Made by a program: the position numbers and the translations under genes. The notes beneath the pieces were generated by a model. It had not been told where the DNA came from. It worked only from the letters and a program-made list of their open reading frames with translations, and made no database searches. Below, piece after piece: positions 13,477 through 23,137 of a DNA stretch of 26,780 nt. The stretch comes from a virus. Taxonomy: Duplodnaviria; Caudoviricetes. Where the stretch lies: positions 1 through 26,780 of the IMG/VR virus record IMGVR_UViG_3300020043_004036. One strand, given 5' to 3'. Positions within the stretch are counted from its first letter, which is position 1; each line of letters begins with the position of its first letter.

Positions 13477-15311
13477 GATGTGAGTCCTTGAAGCTGTGCA
13501 GACGTTGCGGCTAATGGATAGTAGGCGACTTTGCGAATGTGGCCGTTAATGCAACCCCCGCTTGCAGTGTCTGCCCTGTTTCCAATGCTTAATTGAGTAA
13601 CAACAGGAACATTCCCAGAAGTATCTGGTGTTCCTAAGCTGCCGTTTGCAGAAAACGCAAAACTGTTAGTTGCATACGCGCCAACAAGTTTAGAAAACTG
13701 ATTAATCGCTCCACCACTGGTTATGGTTGCCTGACTAACAGCAGAAGACAATACATTAAATCTGGATTGCGTTGTATTTCTAAATTCAACACTTAAAAAG
13801 CTGTTACCTGTTCCATCATTTATTTCAGCATATCGTCTAGCCGTTGTTCCAGCAATTGAATCAACAGACACCCCTTCTGCATACAAAGTCCCCTCCGCTT
13901 GGTTATACCAACTTGAGAAGTTTGTGCCTGTCATGCTTGCAGCATCAGCAGCACGGGTCACTTGGCTTGCTACTGTGGGGATGTAGCTGGTGCTGAACGA
14001 TGAACTTTCCAGTTGAGCGCCCCAGATGTAGATGCCGCTGTAGCCATCGCCTGTGTTGTTTCCAACAAAAAATAATGTATCGGACGCTGTGCTGGTTGCA
14101 CTTATAGTCCCAACGCATCTATACCAGCCGTTTCCTACCGCAGTCATAGACGCGCTTGTCCAAGTTGCGCCAGTTGTTGTAACAGTTCCAGAAGTCAAAT
14201 TAAAAGTTACAGTTCGGGCTGCAACCGTTCCAGTAAAGGCAGTAGACCCAACCCTTAAAAGTATTGTGTCAAATTCGCCTTTCTTTGCATAAAAAGACGC
14301 TGTATATGCCGTTCCAGAAGTAAAACTTAAACTCGGTTTATTTACGTTTCCAGTTTGTCCGCTGTCCGAAACAAGCTTATCGCCCGTCAATGCTCCATCA
14401 GGAGCAATAATAGTGTTTGCAGTAATTGTTGAGTTTGATTTTGTCCAAGCCGCATTATCAAACTGCTCAGAGTACGTCAGCAGGTTAGTCCGGCTTTCCT
14501 CAATCAGCAGCCCCAAGCTCTCAAACGTAGTTGGGTTGTGGTCAAACCGTGCCACACCAGACGCTGCTGTTTCCAGCACAGGGATGTAGTTGGTGATCGG
14601 CTGTGTGGTTGTGACTTGGTATGCTGTGGCTGCGGAGCGTTGCTCTAGCTGAGCGCCCCAAACCTCTATTGTCTTGCTTGTGCCTGTGTAGATAGGGCGA
14701 CCACGGGTATCAAAACTACCTGAGCCGTCAGACATATAGATTGTTGCACGAGCATCAGATACACTTGCCGAACCTAATGTGATGGTGGCTACACACCTGA
14801 ACCAGCTATTCCCAACGTCTGTGATTGACGAGGCGACAATCGAAAAGCCAGTGCCTAAAACATCAGTTCGATTGACAGAGCCGGAACCGGAAAGGTTAAA
14901 TTCCACCGTGCCGTAGTTAGAAGCTGCCGTATTGATAGCCAATCCAGCAAAGCCTGCGTCTACGTTTTTAATAAAACAACTAAGCGTGTATGTAGTTGAT
15001 GCCAACAAAGCTGGCACTTGATGCAGGCTGTGAACGCCAGTTAACGTTTCTTCGTTAAGCGTATCTGCGGTGGCTGTTCCGTCTGGTGCAGTGCTAGTAT
15101 TAGCTGTCTCAGAAGAACCTGTATTTACCCAAGTTGTCGTAAAGTCCTGCGACTGCAACAGCAAATTCTCCTCAGCCTTAGCCGTTTGAGTGCCGTAGTA
15201 CGTGGCAGTGCTGGCTCTGGCGAAAGTAATTCTTGGATCGAGTTGCTCTACGTTGGCAAAGTCAAGCAGCAGCGTTGGCTTGATTGCGGGGAAGTTGGTT
15301 TGTATGCTCAT
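13473..15311 (-). CDS. Fibre/spike protein with two beta-sandwich (CBM/LamG-like) repeats
   Basis: 612 aa, S/T/G-rich; P.L.LDF, ITF.RAS.ATY, GLLIEESRTNLL, and two NLL..S...APDG...GN.W.RC...WGAQLE modules. Confidence 0.8.
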   Translation of the reverse strand: MSIQTNFPAIKPTLLLDFANVEQLDPRITFARASTATYYGTQTAKAEENLLLQSQDFTTTWVNTGSSETANTSTAPDGTATADTLNEETLTGVHSLHQVPALLASTTYTLSCFIKNVDAGFAGLAINTAASNYGTVEFNLSGSGSVNRTDVLGTGFSIVASSITDVGNSWFRCVATITLGSASVSDARATIYMSDGSGSFDTRGRPIYTGTSKTIEVWGAQLEQRSAATAYQVTTTQPITNYIPVLETAASGVARFDHNPTTFESLGLLIEESRTNLLTYSEQFDNAAWTKSNSTITANTIIAPDGALTGDKLVSDSGQTGNVNKPSLSFTSGTAYTASFYAKKGEFDTILLRVGSTAFTGTVAARTVTFNLTSGTVTTTGATWTSASMTAVGNGWYRCVGTISATSTASDTLFFVGNNTGDGYSGIYIWGAQLESSSFSTSYIPTVASQVTRAADAASMTGTNFSSWYNQAEGTLYAEGVSVDSIAGTTARRYAEINDGTGNSFLSVEFRNTTQSRFNVLSSAVSQATITSGGAINQFSKLVGAYATNSFAFSANGSLGTPDTSGNVPVVTQLSIGNRADTASGGCINGHIRKVAYYPLAATSAQLQGLTS

Positions 15312-15320
15312 GTTGTTTCC

Positions 15321-18300
15321 TTAAACGAGTAACAGTGTTGCAGAGCGTACAGTGCCGTCTGAGCCGCGAACCTTGACCACAAGACTTGTGTTGCTTGCAA
15401 GTTCAAACGTCATGTCTGCGTTGCGTGCAGGAGTCATTGTGGCAAGCAGCGGGAATGCCAAGCCGTTGGGCGACTCAATTGGCGCTGCATAGGCTGTGGT
15501 GATTGCCGTGGCAACTGTTTGCAGGTATGCGGCAGGGACTGCGCCAGTGTTGAGTTGAGCGCCCCAGATGAAAATGCCGCTTGTACCATCGCCTGTGTAA
15601 ACCCGGTTGTTTGGAGTGTTTTCTAAAGTGACCAACACACTTCCAGACCCCGTAGATGTTGCTTGAGAAACAAGAGAGCAACGATACCAGCCATTACCAA
15701 CAGGGTTTATGGAAACCGATGAAGATGTGCCACTAATTGCAAGCGTGGCTGTACCTGTTAACAAGTTAAATGAACCTGTTACGCTTGCACCAAATTGACC
15801 ACTGGGGAATTGCAGTGAAAGTGATGTTCTCTCAGACGCCTTTACGAACACGCTAAAACTGTAACTGGTTCCAGATGTATAAGAAGCCGATTGATTTGTA
15901 TTATGTGTATTGCTGGCTGTCGTGTCCTCAACCAATTTATCGCCAGTCAACGTGCCATCAGGGGCCACTACAGCGTTTGCAGTTATGGACGAGCGGGTTT
16001 TAGTCCAAGCCGCATTGTCAAACTGCTCAGAGTAAGTCAACAAGTTTGTAGAACCACCACGCAGCACGGCACTGCTTGCAGCCGTGAAGTTGTCCACTAA
16101 AAGCTGTTCAGCTATTACGCCGCCACCAGCCTCAACTGCGCCAGTAACCGTGGCAGATGCCATAGTTGTCGCAGCAAGGGTTGTCGCACCAACAACCGTC
16201 AGCGCACCGCCAACACCCACAGGGCCAGCAATGTTTGCAGCGTCTTGATACGCCAAGTTGCCCAGATACTGATTCAGCGGAATCTCGTTGGGTGCTGTGC
16301 CGATGTCGGTTTGGCTGACCAAGTTGTAGTATTGGCCGCTGATGTTCTCTCTAAAGCCATTGTTCAGGAACGAGCCCGTTGTGTTGCCGTAGACAGTCAG
16401 GTCTTGCTGTACGTCCAAAGCCGCAGCAGAAGTTGGGCCAGTCAGTTGGATGTCAATGCTTGGTACTGTGTATTGGTAAACAGTGTCGTTGGTCTGCCCC
16501 ATGATGTACATCTTTGTGCCATCAGGCTTGATGTAAATTCCTTGTGGTGAAGTGTCTTGGCCAGAAACGCTAAACACGTTGACAAACGCTGATGTGCTGA
16601 TGTCCCAAGGTGTTGTCAGGTTATAGACGTTAACGTCGTCGCCTGTACTCCCAACAATAAACATCCGTGAGCCATCGCCTGTAAAAGCCATACCTGTTGG
16701 AACAGATTCTTGACCCGATACTGAGAACGATTGCAAAAAAGTGGCCGTTGATACGTTCCAAGCGGTTGACAACGTGTACTGGTAAACAGCGTCACCCGTG
16801 TTTCCAACCACATACATTGACAAACCGTTTGGTTTAAATGAAATTGCGCTAGGGGATATTTCTTGTGCTGTAACAGAAAAAGAAATGTTGTCATAGGACG
16901 CTGTTGCAACAGACCAAGGTGTACTCAGTGTGTATTGGTAAACGGCATCGTTGGTTGCACCAAGCACATACATTTTTGTGCCATCAGCACGAAAGAACAA
17001 CCCAGTAGGAGAAGTATCTTGACCAGACACACTAAAGTTGGTTGCAAACACAGCAGACGATACAACCCAAGCCGTAGACAGGTTGTACTCATTGACATCA
17101 TCGCCAGTAGACCCAATGACATACATCTTCAACCCGTCAGGGCTAAAGAACAAATCAGTTGGTGTTAACTCCTCTCCCGCAACAGAAAAAGACACACTGT
17201 CGTAGCTTGCACCAATTACGTTGACGTTGCTCAAGATGGTGTTGCCAGCCACATGAACTGTTGCTGCTGGAGCATCGGTAGCAAAGCCTGTCTTGCCAGC
17301 ACTGGTGATACGAACACGCTCTACTGGGGTGTCAGAGCCATCAGGTGTGGTGCTCAAAACAAGGCGTCCCGGCATGTCGTTTGTGCCGGGGGTTCCGTCT
17401 ACTTGAGCGACAATGGTTGCTGCGCGTACAAACGCAGTGCCGTCATCGCCGTTAAACGTCAGGCCACCCAAGCTATCTCCACTGGACACAACGCCAAATG
17501 TACCCACCGAAGCCCCACGGCTTTTTGACAATATATATTGTGGCGCACCTGATGCATTTGCTTGCCATGAGAATGCAGCAACAGCAGAGCCTGAATTTGA
17601 AGTGCCTTGTGATTGAATGCCGGGAGTCAACGCAGTCGTAGTACTAAATCCGGGGGTTGTGAGCGCAGCCGCATTGCCTTTTACGACGTTGCCACTAGAG
17701 TCAATAACAAATGGCGTTGCATCAGGGTTGGTGGCGTCCTCAACTACCAACGCATTGCCAGTGCCTGTCTGTGTGATTCGCAGGGCGTCACCAGTTGATG
17801 AGCCGCTGATAACCACGCCGGGCTGCACAGTGCCGTTAATGGTTACGGTTTCAGCAGTTGCATCACCCAAAGTGACGTTGCCCGTAGCAGACAGCGTAGT
17901 AAAAGCACCAGTGTTGGCTGTTGTAGCCCCCACAGTGCCGTTGATGTTGATTGAGGCAGTGCCCGTCAGGTTTGTCACCACGCCCGATGCAGGAGTGCCA
18001 AGAGCTGGAGTCACCAGTGTTGGGCTGTTGGACAAGACGTTGTTGCCTGTGCCTGTGTTGGTGACGCTCACCACGTTCTTGCTGGCATCTAGTGCCAAGG
18101 CTGTGGAGGCTGTTAGGCCGGACAAGGTTACAGCGCCCGATGCTGCAAGAGTAGTAACACCAGCTACCGCGCCTGTGTCGCTCACAGTCACCACGCTATT
18201 TTCAATTAGCTTGCCTGTAGTGCCATCAAAACGGGCTACAGCGTTGTCTGTTGCAGATGCTGGCCCGTTGACATCACCCGGCCCTTGTGGGCCTACTGGT

Positions 18301-18419
18301 CCTGTTGGTCCTGTTGGCCCTGCAATACCGCGATCAAGAATGACCGTTGTGTCTGGTGTTGGTGTTACTTCAAGGACGAGGTTGTTCCCGTCTTCTACGA
18401 CTACTTGTATTGGCCCCAT
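15321..18419 (-). CDS. Tail fibre protein with a collagen-like segment and beta-propeller-type repeats
   Basis: 1032 aa; GPTGPTGPVGPQGP; fibre shaft repeats; GTNDMPGRLV; five ~51-aa F..DG.KMY repeats; C-terminal NLL...WGAQL module. Confidence 0.85.
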   Translation of the reverse strand: MGPIQVVVEDGNNLVLEVTPTPDTTVILDRGIAGPTGPTGPVGPQGPGDVNGPASATDNAVARFDGTTGKLIENSVVTVSDTGAVAGVTTLAASGAVTLSGLTASTALALDASKNVVSVTNTGTGNNVLSNSPTLVTPALGTPASGVVTNLTGTASININGTVGATTANTGAFTTLSATGNVTLGDATAETVTINGTVQPGVVISGSSTGDALRITQTGTGNALVVEDATNPDATPFVIDSSGNVVKGNAAALTTPGFSTTTALTPGIQSQGTSNSGSAVAAFSWQANASGAPQYILSKSRGASVGTFGVVSSGDSLGGLTFNGDDGTAFVRAATIVAQVDGTPGTNDMPGRLVLSTTPDGSDTPVERVRITSAGKTGFATDAPAATVHVAGNTILSNVNVIGASYDSVSFSVAGEELTPTDLFFSPDGLKMYVIGSTGDDVNEYNLSTAWVVSSAVFATNFSVSGQDTSPTGLFFRADGTKMYVLGATNDAVYQYTLSTPWSVATASYDNISFSVTAQEISPSAISFKPNGLSMYVVGNTGDAVYQYTLSTAWNVSTATFLQSFSVSGQESVPTGMAFTGDGSRMFIVGSTGDDVNVYNLTTPWDISTSAFVNVFSVSGQDTSPQGIYIKPDGTKMYIMGQTNDTVYQYTVPSIDIQLTGPTSAAALDVQQDLTVYGNTTGSFLNNGFRENISGQYYNLVSQTDIGTAPNEIPLNQYLGNLAYQDAANIAGPVGVGGALTVVGATTLAATTMASATVTGAVEAGGGVIAEQLLVDNFTAASSAVLRGGSTNLLTYSEQFDNAAWTKTRSSITANAVVAPDGTLTGDKLVEDTTASNTHNTNQSASYTSGTSYSFSVFVKASERTSLSLQFPSGQFGASVTGSFNLLTGTATLAISGTSSSVSINPVGNGWYRCSLVSQATSTGSGSVLVTLENTPNNRVYTGDGTSGIFIWGAQLNTGAVPAAYLQTVATAITTAYAAPIESPNGLAFPLLATMTPARNADMTFELASNTSLVVKVRGSDGTVRSATLLLV

Positions 18420-18428
18420 GATGATTCC

Positions 18429-18923
18429 TTAAATGTTAGTGATGCCGTCAGAGCGAACAAGAAACATAAGGAAGATTATCAAATCATCCTGCGGTATTCC
18501 TCCTGCTGCTGGAAAGCTAACTTTGACTCGACCACTAAAACACACAGGGTCAACCAAATCAATCTGCAATCCCGCATCACCAGCAATAACAGACCATGCA
18601 GAATCATCAAGCACAAGCGTAAACGTACCAGCAGCATCAACACGATTAGCAATCGTTAAGTTGATGGTCGTAGGTGTTGGGGTGTAGTTACCTATATCAA
18701 AAGACAATCCCGTTCGAGTGTCCTGTAGATTGGTAACGGTTCGCCTAACAATCTGTGCGCTAATTGTTGCGCCTGTCAAATTGATAGGAGTGCTAGGAAG
18801 TGTTGCGGTTGTTTTAAGCGCAAGATTCCAATAGGTTTGTTGGTTGTAAACAAGTTCACCAGACAAAAGCGGCGAGTCGAAGCCACTGACTTGTGTGATG
18901 ACGTTGCGGCTGAAGATCGGCAT
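18429..18923 (-). CDS. Tail/baseplate adaptor-like protein (BppU N-terminal-like)
   Basis: PINLTGATI.AQI.R motif; lies directly upstream of the fibre. Confidence 0.65.
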   Translation of the reverse strand: MPIFSRNVITQVSGFDSPLLSGELVYNQQTYWNLALKTTATLPSTPINLTGATISAQIVRRTVTNLQDTRTGLSFDIGNYTPTPTTINLTIANRVDAAGTFTLVLDDSAWSVIAGDAGLQIDLVDPVCFSGRVKVSFPAAGGIPQDDLIIFLMFLVRSDGITNI

Positions 18924-18931
18924 AACAGTTC

Positions 18932-18970
18932 CCTGTACTCAGGTTAAACGCTCCCCATGTACTCACGGGG
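18932..18970 (-). promoter_or_regulatory. Twin hairpins with identical AGUA loops overlapping the RBS
   Basis: Minus-strand RNA CCCCGUG-AGUA-CAUGGGG and CCUG-AGUA-CAGG, the latter 8 nt before AUG 18923. Confidence 0.55.
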
Positions 18971-18999
18971 CTACGGGTCTTGTCATGTAGTGGCTTATT

Positions 19000-19311
19000 T
19001 TAACTTCTAGATCGAATCAAATCAATGTAAGGCCACAAATCTTCAGTTGACCACGAACCGTTGGGGTATTCGGTTGACAGGTCAGTGTAGTCTGTTAAAG
19101 CAGGTTGCAAAACTTCTTCTGTTTGAGGGTCTAGTGTTTCATTACGATCAGCAATTAACACAACATTAAATTGTTGTGGAACAGTGTATTTAAACACACC
19201 ATCAACTTGAGTGCCAACACCAATTGTTACTCTTACAATTGAACCAATAATATGTTCAACCGATTGGATTTCTTCTGAAACCGTTTGTTGTGGAATTGTA
19301 GAAACGCGCAT
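19000..19311 (-). CDS. Hypothetical tail-region protein (103 aa)
   Basis: AGGAAG RBS; follows the tail-tip gene. Confidence 0.75.
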   Translation of the reverse strand: MRVSTIPQQTVSEEIQSVEHIIGSIVRVTIGVGTQVDGVFKYTVPQQFNVVLIADRNETLDPQTEEVLQPALTDYTDLSTEYPNGSWSTEDLWPYIDLIRSRS

Positions 19312-19320
19312 TTTTCTTCC

Positions 19321-22044
19321 TTATTGCCAAGCTGGTATGTAATAAAAAACACCACCAATGTCAATTTTTAGCCATTGATTTGATGTCGTGGTTGATGATG
19401 GTTTTGTAGTGCCAACATAATTCCCTGTTCCTGTTCCTGCTGCTGCAATAGAATCAAACTTTAAACCGTTTAACAAATCAGCATTTAAGTTTGTAACTTT
19501 TGTGTTGTTGGTAATTTGCATTTTTCCAGAAACAAACAAAGCCGTTCCAGCAGCATTGTTAGCAGCAACAACACCATAACTTGCGTTTGTTAATGATGTA
19601 CCTTGCGTTCCAGCGCCTGTTGAAATATGGTTTGTGTAGCCAACAACGCCAATACCAAAAGCATTGTCAGAGAAACCAACAACGCCGTAATCGGCATCTC
19701 CACTGGAGTTTACATCAGCAGCAGTCGTAGAGCCTAGTGAACTAGCTGAAGAACCGTTGATTTTTACAACACCACGAGAATAAAACCCGTTAGCAAACAT
19801 ATTGCCAGTGTTGCGTTCAATGTAATATCCCGTAGTTCCCCAAGAGGCAACCGTAGCAGCTACTGGAGGGTTAGAGCCGTTCCAGTTGTCTGAGCGAATG
19901 TCTTGAAAGATGCTTGCAGCTATTGGCCCTGTCCAAGCAGTTGTACCAGCAGCAACACCATCAATCGTAGTTGAAGAACTGTTGTAACGCCCTTGGATAT
20001 ACCAAAGAACTTGTCCAACAGCCACAGATGGTGCTGTTGCAACCCATCCAGCAGGTATAGCAGCGCCAGATGTCGGTGTAGTAAATGTTGGTGTAGCGTC
20101 AGATTGGTTTTGAACTCTATAAGCATTGATAAAGTTCAATCCATTTAATCCGTTAGAACCTGCTGGCCCCGGTGGTCCAATAGTGGCTGCTGGTGTCCAT
20201 GTAAATGACGCACTTGTAGGACTTCTGTTAGACCGCGAAATATCATTTCCAACTACATAGGAAAAGTAATATGTTGCAGATGGGTCTGATCCTGTTGGCA
20301 ACACTTGATTGGTAAACACATAAGATGTTCCCGGTGTTACAGGCTCACCATCAATGCGGCCAGCAGTTGACAGCAAGCGCCAATCGTTTGCCGTAGGAAT
20401 TGCTGCCGTTGTGTAATACAACTCAGTAAACGTAACTCGACCAACAGCAGGAATTGAGATTTGTACGTTAAAGTTTGGAATTGGGCTAGCTGGATTGCTT
20501 GCAGTAACTGTTGAAGCAGACAAAGGACTAAAGTAATTTACGCTTGGCAAATCACTGTTAGGCACAGGTGTGTATTGCGTGATGTCAAAGTCATCGTACA
20601 CAGCCGCGCTGTACTCTGTCATCTCTAGCTTTGCGCCAAGACTGCCATCAGGCAACGATGCCTCATTAACCTTGACCACACGAAACAACTTGTTTGTCCA
20701 GCCGTAATCAGCATTGGTTACGCTAACAACGTCACCAGCATCTACTTGGATGCCGTAATAGGTTGTGCTGAAGCTGACAATTAAATCCTCACGGGCTTGC
20801 TCAAGAATTCTGTTGGCAAGGTATTGTGCTTGAACAGAATCGTTGCACAGGTCATAAGTAACGCTGTACTTGTTTACTGGCTCGTTGGGGTACAGCAGCA
20901 ATTGTGGTGTTGCAATGTTGACAAAGTTAGGCTGATCCCGTGAACCCTTGTCAGGGAACTTGGCTTCAACTTGGTTGATTGACTGCGTAATGTCTGTTGC
21001 ACTTACGCGCACCTCGCCAATGATGTTGTCATCATCAAATGCGTATGAAGTTGCATCTGCTTTGTTAATGACAATAGACCACTGACCAAGAGCAGCGTTG
21101 TACGCCATCCAAGAGTCAGCGCAAGTCATTATCTTGTCAAGGTTGCTCAACACTGTTTGACCAGCATCAAGCACACCGTTCATGCGGTATCTAACTTGCG
21201 TAGCAGAACCACCACCAGAAGGTGTGTATGTGATTAGCTGATCTGAATAGACGTTTAACGCTGTTGCAGAACTTGAATTTACAAATGACGCATCTACAGC
21301 GCCGCCATATGCTGCATTGGTAATGTAGTCATACCAAACATCTCCCGGCTTTGCTGCACCAGTGCTGTTCAGGTAATGCTTGGCATAAAACGTAATTGGC
21401 GACAAGTTAGTTGTGCCAGCGTCTTGGTTGTAGTTCAGCTTTATGATTGCAAACGCCAAGCCATTCATTTGGCGACCGCTAGAAGGCCACCGCAAGGCTA
21501 CGTCAATGTCAGCGCCACCCATGACCACGTTAGGGGCAGATGCGCCGTTTAATGGCGTGATACTGCCAGCAGCAGTAGACCTATACAGACTGATGAACAA
21601 GTTGCCGCTAATCTTTGTGTCTACATTACCCGCCTCGTCAGTCAAGCTAACAACTTTGGTTTGGTCTGTGCCATCAAACGTAATCAGTCTATCGCCGTAG
21701 TAAAACTTGGTGCTGTCAAACGTGAACTGGCCGTTAGGACTGACGCAAGACACAGCAACAACGTAGTACATTGTTTTTTGGTCCGTAGACAATACAGCAT
21801 CAACAAACGTACCGCCAAGATATGCGTCACCGTACACAATAGGAATTGCGTTAATGTTGGATGGAGGTACTTGCTGTCTTGTTCCGCTGTCTTGTGGGCC
21901 TTGTCCACTTTGCCCAAACACTCTGCTGACAATAAGTGAAACAGCAAAGTTAACAGCAAACGCAGCAGCCGTAAGCGCAAAAGAAGAAGCAACAGCCGCC
22001 GCCGTTACGTTAGCCGCCGCAGCGACAATCATTGTTCCTACCAT
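19321..22044 (-). CDS. Tail tip / central fibre (host-specificity J-like) protein
   Basis: 907 aa; Ala-rich N-terminus, IPIVYG.A..GG, GDVV.VT..DYGW..K.FRV, short collagen stretch and variable C-terminus. Confidence 0.85.
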   Translation of the reverse strand: MVGTMIVAAAANVTAAAVASSFALTAAAFAVNFAVSLIVSRVFGQSGQGPQDSGTRQQVPPSNINAIPIVYGDAYLGGTFVDAVLSTDQKTMYYVVAVSCVSPNGQFTFDSTKFYYGDRLITFDGTDQTKVVSLTDEAGNVDTKISGNLFISLYRSTAAGSITPLNGASAPNVVMGGADIDVALRWPSSGRQMNGLAFAIIKLNYNQDAGTTNLSPITFYAKHYLNSTGAAKPGDVWYDYITNAAYGGAVDASFVNSSSATALNVYSDQLITYTPSGGGSATQVRYRMNGVLDAGQTVLSNLDKIMTCADSWMAYNAALGQWSIVINKADATSYAFDDDNIIGEVRVSATDITQSINQVEAKFPDKGSRDQPNFVNIATPQLLLYPNEPVNKYSVTYDLCNDSVQAQYLANRILEQAREDLIVSFSTTYYGIQVDAGDVVSVTNADYGWTNKLFRVVKVNEASLPDGSLGAKLEMTEYSAAVYDDFDITQYTPVPNSDLPSVNYFSPLSASTVTASNPASPIPNFNVQISIPAVGRVTFTELYYTTAAIPTANDWRLLSTAGRIDGEPVTPGTSYVFTNQVLPTGSDPSATYYFSYVVGNDISRSNRSPTSASFTWTPAATIGPPGPAGSNGLNGLNFINAYRVQNQSDATPTFTTPTSGAAIPAGWVATAPSVAVGQVLWYIQGRYNSSSTTIDGVAAGTTAWTGPIAASIFQDIRSDNWNGSNPPVAATVASWGTTGYYIERNTGNMFANGFYSRGVVKINGSSASSLGSTTAADVNSSGDADYGVVGFSDNAFGIGVVGYTNHISTGAGTQGTSLTNASYGVVAANNAAGTALFVSGKMQITNNTKVTNLNADLLNGLKFDSIAAAGTGTGNYVGTTKPSSTTTSNQWLKIDIGGVFYYIPAWQ

Positions 22045-22047
22045 CTT

Positions 22048-22494
22048 TTACTCCCGTACAAACGATGCGCCAAGTGGCGTGTAACCGCGTTTTGTGTAAT
22101 CAATCAAAGGACCGTTGGCAGATATGCTAGTGACAACAAAATCAATGTCGCCAGCTTTAAGCATTGCTTCAGCCCTCTCGTCAAATGCTTTCCATAGCCT
22201 ACCGCCAATTGTCCCATTTCGGTGTTCAGGTTCAACCCACCACAACAGTTCATTTAGCTCTTTAACCTTGGGCGACCATACGTTACTTTGCTTGATAGCA
22301 ATCAGTGCGCCGCACATATTGTTGTCAATGTAGATAAACCCTCTGCCAGCAATGATGCTAAACAGCAGTTCTTCTACATACTTTGGAAAGTGATTGTTTG
22401 GCCTACCAAGGCATTTGATGGGATTCTCATAAGCGTATGCTTCAACAATTTCTAGCAGCCTTGGTATGTCATATCTTGTCGCAAGTCTTATCAT
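22048..22494 (-). CDS. GNAT-fold acetyltransferase-like protein
   Basis: MIRLAT..D start, E..WWVEPEHRNGTIG.RL (acetyl-CoA motif A-like), Y.KRGY. Confidence 0.8.
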   Translation of the reverse strand: MIRLATRYDIPRLLEIVEAYAYENPIKCLGRPNNHFPKYVEELLFSIIAGRGFIYIDNNMCGALIAIKQSNVWSPKVKELNELLWWVEPEHRNGTIGGRLWKAFDERAEAMLKAGDIDFVVTSISANGPLIDYTKRGYTPLGASFVRE

Positions 22495-22498
22495 TTAA

Positions 22499-23137
22499 TT
22501 ATGCAAATCCAGATTGGTCAACTTGTGTAGTGTCTGTTGATTGTGTGTTTGTCTGTGGTGGTTTGCCAAAGTCAAAATAGGTGTTGGCAATAGTTGCTAC
22601 ACGGTTCATGCTTGCATCGCCGGGATACAAAAACTGCCAGCTAGATTGGTTTGTCTTAACACCGCCAAGCCTGTTCTCTAAAATGCGCCTCATTGACGAG
22701 GAAGCAATAGAGCAAGTGGCAATGCGTGTACGCATTTCAGAGTTAAAGTCTTCTGTGATGGAAACGCTATTGATGATGCCCTGATAACGCTTAAAAAATT
22801 GCGTTGTAGGCGTAGTGATGATCTGGTTGTTAGAGTCAAAGAATCCACGCCACACCTCAACAAGCGACCCTTTAATGTCGTTGCCAAGGATGATGCCTAC
22901 GTTTGCTGGATCAATACCTGTCAACGCAATGGTCATGTCATCCGAGGTTGAGCGCATATCACGCTGTACGTCACCCACGTTAAGCAAAGCACCAAGGTTT
23001 GCAAATGTGATGCCGCCAACAGTAATAGGGGCTGCTGCGTTGCAGAATGTGTAAACAGTAGCGGCTGTGCCTACCGTCAGCTTTACAAATTCTGCGTGTC
23101 TAATCTGTGGGCCACTGAGGGCTGCAATGTCTGTCAT
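22499..23137 (-). CDS. Tail tip/hub protein (gpL/DUF2163-like position)
   Basis: 212 aa beta-rich protein between the Dit-like and tip genes; G..VE.WRGFFD, YPGD, FDFGK. Confidence 0.7.
   Translation of the reverse strand: MTDIAALSGPQIRHAEFVKLTVGTAATVYTFCNAAAPITVGGITFANLGALLNVGDVQRDMRSTSDDMTIALTGIDPANVGIILGNDIKGSLVEVWRGFFDSNNQIITTPTTQFFKRYQGIINSVSITEDFNSEMRTRIATCSIASSSMRRILENRLGGVKTNQSSWQFLYPGDASMNRVATIANTYFDFGKPPQTNTQSTDTTQVDQSGFA

Noticed and set aside
13473-18419. Diversity-generating retroelement TR/VR pair in the fibre repeats
   Set aside because: No reverse transcriptase in the window; identity is limited to short anchors within translated domains.
17617-18432. 271-aa + strand ORF
   Set aside because: Antisense shadow of the Thr/Gly/Ala-rich fibre gene, with no independent motif.
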